A stretch of DNA of 64,000 bases. Source: Candidatus Latescibacterota bacterium (lineage in GTDB: Bacteria > Krumholzibacteriota > Krumholzibacteriia > WVZY01). The stretch is from the NCBI GenBank assembly GCA_963791045.1, contig CAWBQK010000003.1:32001-96000 (forward strand), given 5' to 3'. Made by a program: the position numbers and the translations under genes. Shown here piece by piece: positions 61,782 through 64,000 of the stretch (position 1 is the stretch's first letter; every line of letters starts with the position of its first letter). The notes beneath the pieces were generated by a model. That model saw only the letters and a program-made list of their open reading frames with translations. It made no database searches and was not told the origin of the DNA.

Positions 61782-62342
61782 ATGTGCAAACGGGTCTTTG
61801 GGACCGGTTTCGTGTTCTTGTTCCTCGTTCTTAGCATCGGGGTGGCAAGTGCGCAAACGCAACCATTCATAGCGGTTTACTTCGATCAAACATTCCAGAC
61901 CGAAGCGCAGGATCCATGTCCAGGGATTGGCGTTCTTGACACGCTTTATGTCGAGCTCGTGAATGCGAATGTATTCGTGACCGGTGTTGAGTTTGCCATT
62001 AACTACCCGCCTGAATTGAGCTATCTGCTCGACTTCGATAAGCAGGGGACGGTAATCGGATCGACCCCGACGGGTTTCTCAATGGGTTGGGCGATACCAC
62101 AGAACGGATTCGGTGTCGCCATCGATGTTTGTAAAGTGTTAGTCCAGTGGACGTGTGACGGATGCGCGACGATTGATGTAGAGCTTCCCGTTGTGCAACA
62201 TCCGTACACAGGTTTTATCGGTTTCACTGACTTTCCCAACTTTGACTTGTTTCCCGCAGTCGGTTTGACGTCGCTTATTTGTCCGACGGTACCGACGCAG
62301 GATACAACCTGGGGTAAGGTTAAGTCCCTGTACTCCGAGTAA
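61782..62342 (+). CDS. Secreted protein, array family A, C-terminal TWGKVK motif
   Basis: AAAGGAG RBS; signal peptide (ASA|Q); ends ICPTVPTQDTTWGKVKSLYSE. Confidence 0.85.
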   Translation: MCKRVFGTGFVFLFLVLSIGVASAQTQPFIAVYFDQTFQTEAQDPCPGIGVLDTLYVELVNANVFVTGVEFAINYPPELSYLLDFDKQGTVIGSTPTGFSMGWAIPQNGFGVAIDVCKVLVQWTCDGCATIDVELPVVQHPYTGFIGFTDFPNFDLFPAVGLTSLICPTVPTQDTTWGKVKSLYSE

Positions 62343-62851
62343 GCCTCTGTCGGAAAATCGGCGGTAAGCATCCCGCCACGCTGGGTGAAGCGGTTAGATC
62401 TGTCCAAGACTCGAAAGCTCCTTCACCCAGCGTTTTCTTATTCACCGTCTGTCGGTGGTAAGGCCCCCCCCGGTCTCTCGTCTAATCGCCGTTTTTTCGC
62501 CTCGTTCGCCCGTGGGCTCTCTATCCTTCATCTGACCGATAGCAACACCCCCATTCCTCGCAATTTGCCTCTATTTGGATGTATTTGCCGTTATGGGGTT
62601 CTTCTCGTAAGTGGCTGCAAGCCAAAATCATGAGATTTCGTCGGCGTGTCCGGGCGCGGTCTCCATTCGGCGCTGTCTCTGTAAGCTATTGTTAGTATGT
62701 TTGTTGTGATTTTGAAGCAGGGTTCTGAGCCAACACGCGTGCCTCGAAGCGACTCCCCAGGCGGCAAGTTTGTGCCTGGAGCGGAATCTCGGTCTGTCTC
62801 TTGCAATCGCCTTTGCCAATGATTTCAGACCGTCAACCAAGGAGGTGCCTC

Positions 62852-63412
62852 GTGAAGGCAATGGTAACGTTAGCAGTGGTTCTCGTCGCTCTCGCGGCAG
62901 TGAGCGGTCCGGTCCAGGCTCAGACGACGCCGACCGTCGGTGTCTACTTCGATCAGGCTTATACTGTGATGCAGAAGCCCTGTGTGGGCCCCAACGTCAT
63001 GGATTATGCCTACGTCGTTGCATACAACTTCGACGTGTTCCTTTCAGGCATGGAATACATGATTTCCTACCCGCCGAGCATTCTGTGGGTTGCGGACCTC
63101 GATATTCCGGCTGTGACAATCGGAAACACGCCGTCGGGGATCTCGATGGGGTTCGGCAGCACGCCGTTGAACGGCTTTGGCCCCGTATTGCTCCATCGTG
63201 TGGCTTTTCTGTGGCAGTGCATGGGTTGCGACGCGACAAACGAAGATGATCCCATCGTCGTTCTCCCGCATCCCGTGAGCGGCTTCCTCCGCGGAACCGA
63301 TTTCCCCAACTTCGATTTTGTCTACGGCGTCGGTATGACGTCCCTCGTCTGCGCCACGGTTCCCGTGAACGAGACGACCTGGGGAAAGATCAAATCGCTA
63401 TACGAGGAATAG
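62852..63412 (+). CDS. Secreted protein, array family A (divergent), C-terminal TWGKIK motif
   Basis: AAGGAGG RBS, GTG start; signal peptide (VQA|Q); ends VCATVPVNETTWGKIKSLYEE. Confidence 0.85.
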   Translation: MKAMVTLAVVLVALAAVSGPVQAQTTPTVGVYFDQAYTVMQKPCVGPNVMDYAYVVAYNFDVFLSGMEYMISYPPSILWVADLDIPAVTIGNTPSGISMGFGSTPLNGFGPVLLHRVAFLWQCMGCDATNEDDPIVVLPHPVSGFLRGTDFPNFDFVYGVGMTSLVCATVPVNETTWGKIKSLYEE

Positions 63413-63817
63413 GAATCCTGTGAAAAAATGACCCGTGGCGAAGAATTTTCGGTCACGGGATCATATGACAAGGCAAACGTCCTCCGAGTAACCACTTGGA
63501 AGGGCGTTTGTCTTTGTATCGTGCTTGTTTTTCCTCGTTTGGCGCTCGGGAAACAGTGGACTCAGAGGCCCAAACTGCGGTATAATATACATATGGCAAG
63601 TTTTTTGTCAGCCTGTTATCCACAATTCGGATGACAAAAGGCTTGACATTGCTTTAGAGAACGTAGAAAACTGCTTCTAAGAGGGGGTGATACAGGGTCG
63701 AGCGGCTGGCTCTTTCGGAAGGCCCGGGCCATGGTCCTGTATGTTACTTTGCCAAGGAATGTTGTCCACCGGTTCTTATTGGTTTGTGTCTGTTTTTGTT
63801 TCTCACTAGGAGGCGAT

Positions 63818-64000
63818 ATGAAAAAGGTACTGTTATTGACTGTAGTCCTGATGCTCTCGGCCACCATGGCGTTTGCCCAGGGAGGCCGTCTCGGTCTTTT
63901 TAGTGATGCAACGGGTGACGTAGAGAAATGCGCGATCACGGATGCCGTGCCCGGCCTGCTCAATATTTACGTGGTTCACATTGAGACGGCGGGCGCGACG
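63818..64000 (+). CDS. Secreted protein, array family B (truncated by the window end)
   Basis: Manual translation MKKVLLLTVVLMLSATMAFAQGGRLGLFSDATGDVEKCAITDAVPGLLNIYVVHIETAGAT is a clear paralog of 60019..60570; AGGAGG RBS. Confidence 0.85.
   Translation, partial: MKKVLLLTVVLMLSATMAFAQGGRLGLFSDATGDVEKCAITDAVPGLLNIYVVHIETAGAT

Noticed and set aside
59242-62342. Diversity-generating retroelement (TR/VR pair)
   Set aside because: Differences between paralogs are largely synonymous and not adenine-specific, both copies are intact genes, and no reverse transcriptase is present.
63465-63520. c-di-GMP-I riboswitch (GGCAAAC)
   Set aside because: The GAAA tetraloop and GCAAAG elements are missing; the sequence forms a simple hairpin.
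58185-64000. Genomic island integrated at tRNA-Val
   Set aside because: No integrase and no duplicated tRNA 3' end is visible in the window. It cannot be excluded beyond the edge.

Overview
GC-rich (roughly 55-60% by eye) chromosomal window from a diderm bacterium (OprO/P porin, AsmA, lipoproteins, LspA). The gene content and C-terminal protein motifs suggest an uncultured FCB-related lineage such as Latescibacterota/Krumholzibacteriota; this is inference only. In order: partial gamma-glutamyltransferase plus an ATP-grasp/degenerate-M20 fusion; surface-glycan genes (AsnB-type amidotransferase, three glycosyltransferases, later a sulfotransferase and Wzx flippase); M28 peptidase; pstSCAB; metE; HDAC-family deacetylase; AsmA; Crp/Fnr regulator; phoB-phoR-porin-phoU; MFS transporter; acs; nrdAB with NrdR boxes (R2 has class Ic Mn/Fe signature residues); yggS-divIVA-yggU-PNP-ileS-dksA-lspA-rluD; a partner-switching module (2 STAS, RsbW, RsbU-like); ruvX-mltG-larE-like; tRNA-Val(TAC). 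Several genes (pstS, metE, acs, nrdA and others) are broken by frameshifts that look like long-read assembly errors. The most striking feature starts right after the tRNA (58.5-64 kb): a secreted dockerin-bearing protein followed by a tandem array of at least six small secreted Cys-rich proteins from two divergent families. All five complete array members end in the same motif, VPxx[DE]T[TS]WGK[VI]KS[LI][YF]xE. Three genes of the locus share a near-identical promoter. This is a candidate C-terminal sorting signal and cohesin/dockerin-like surface assembly system.
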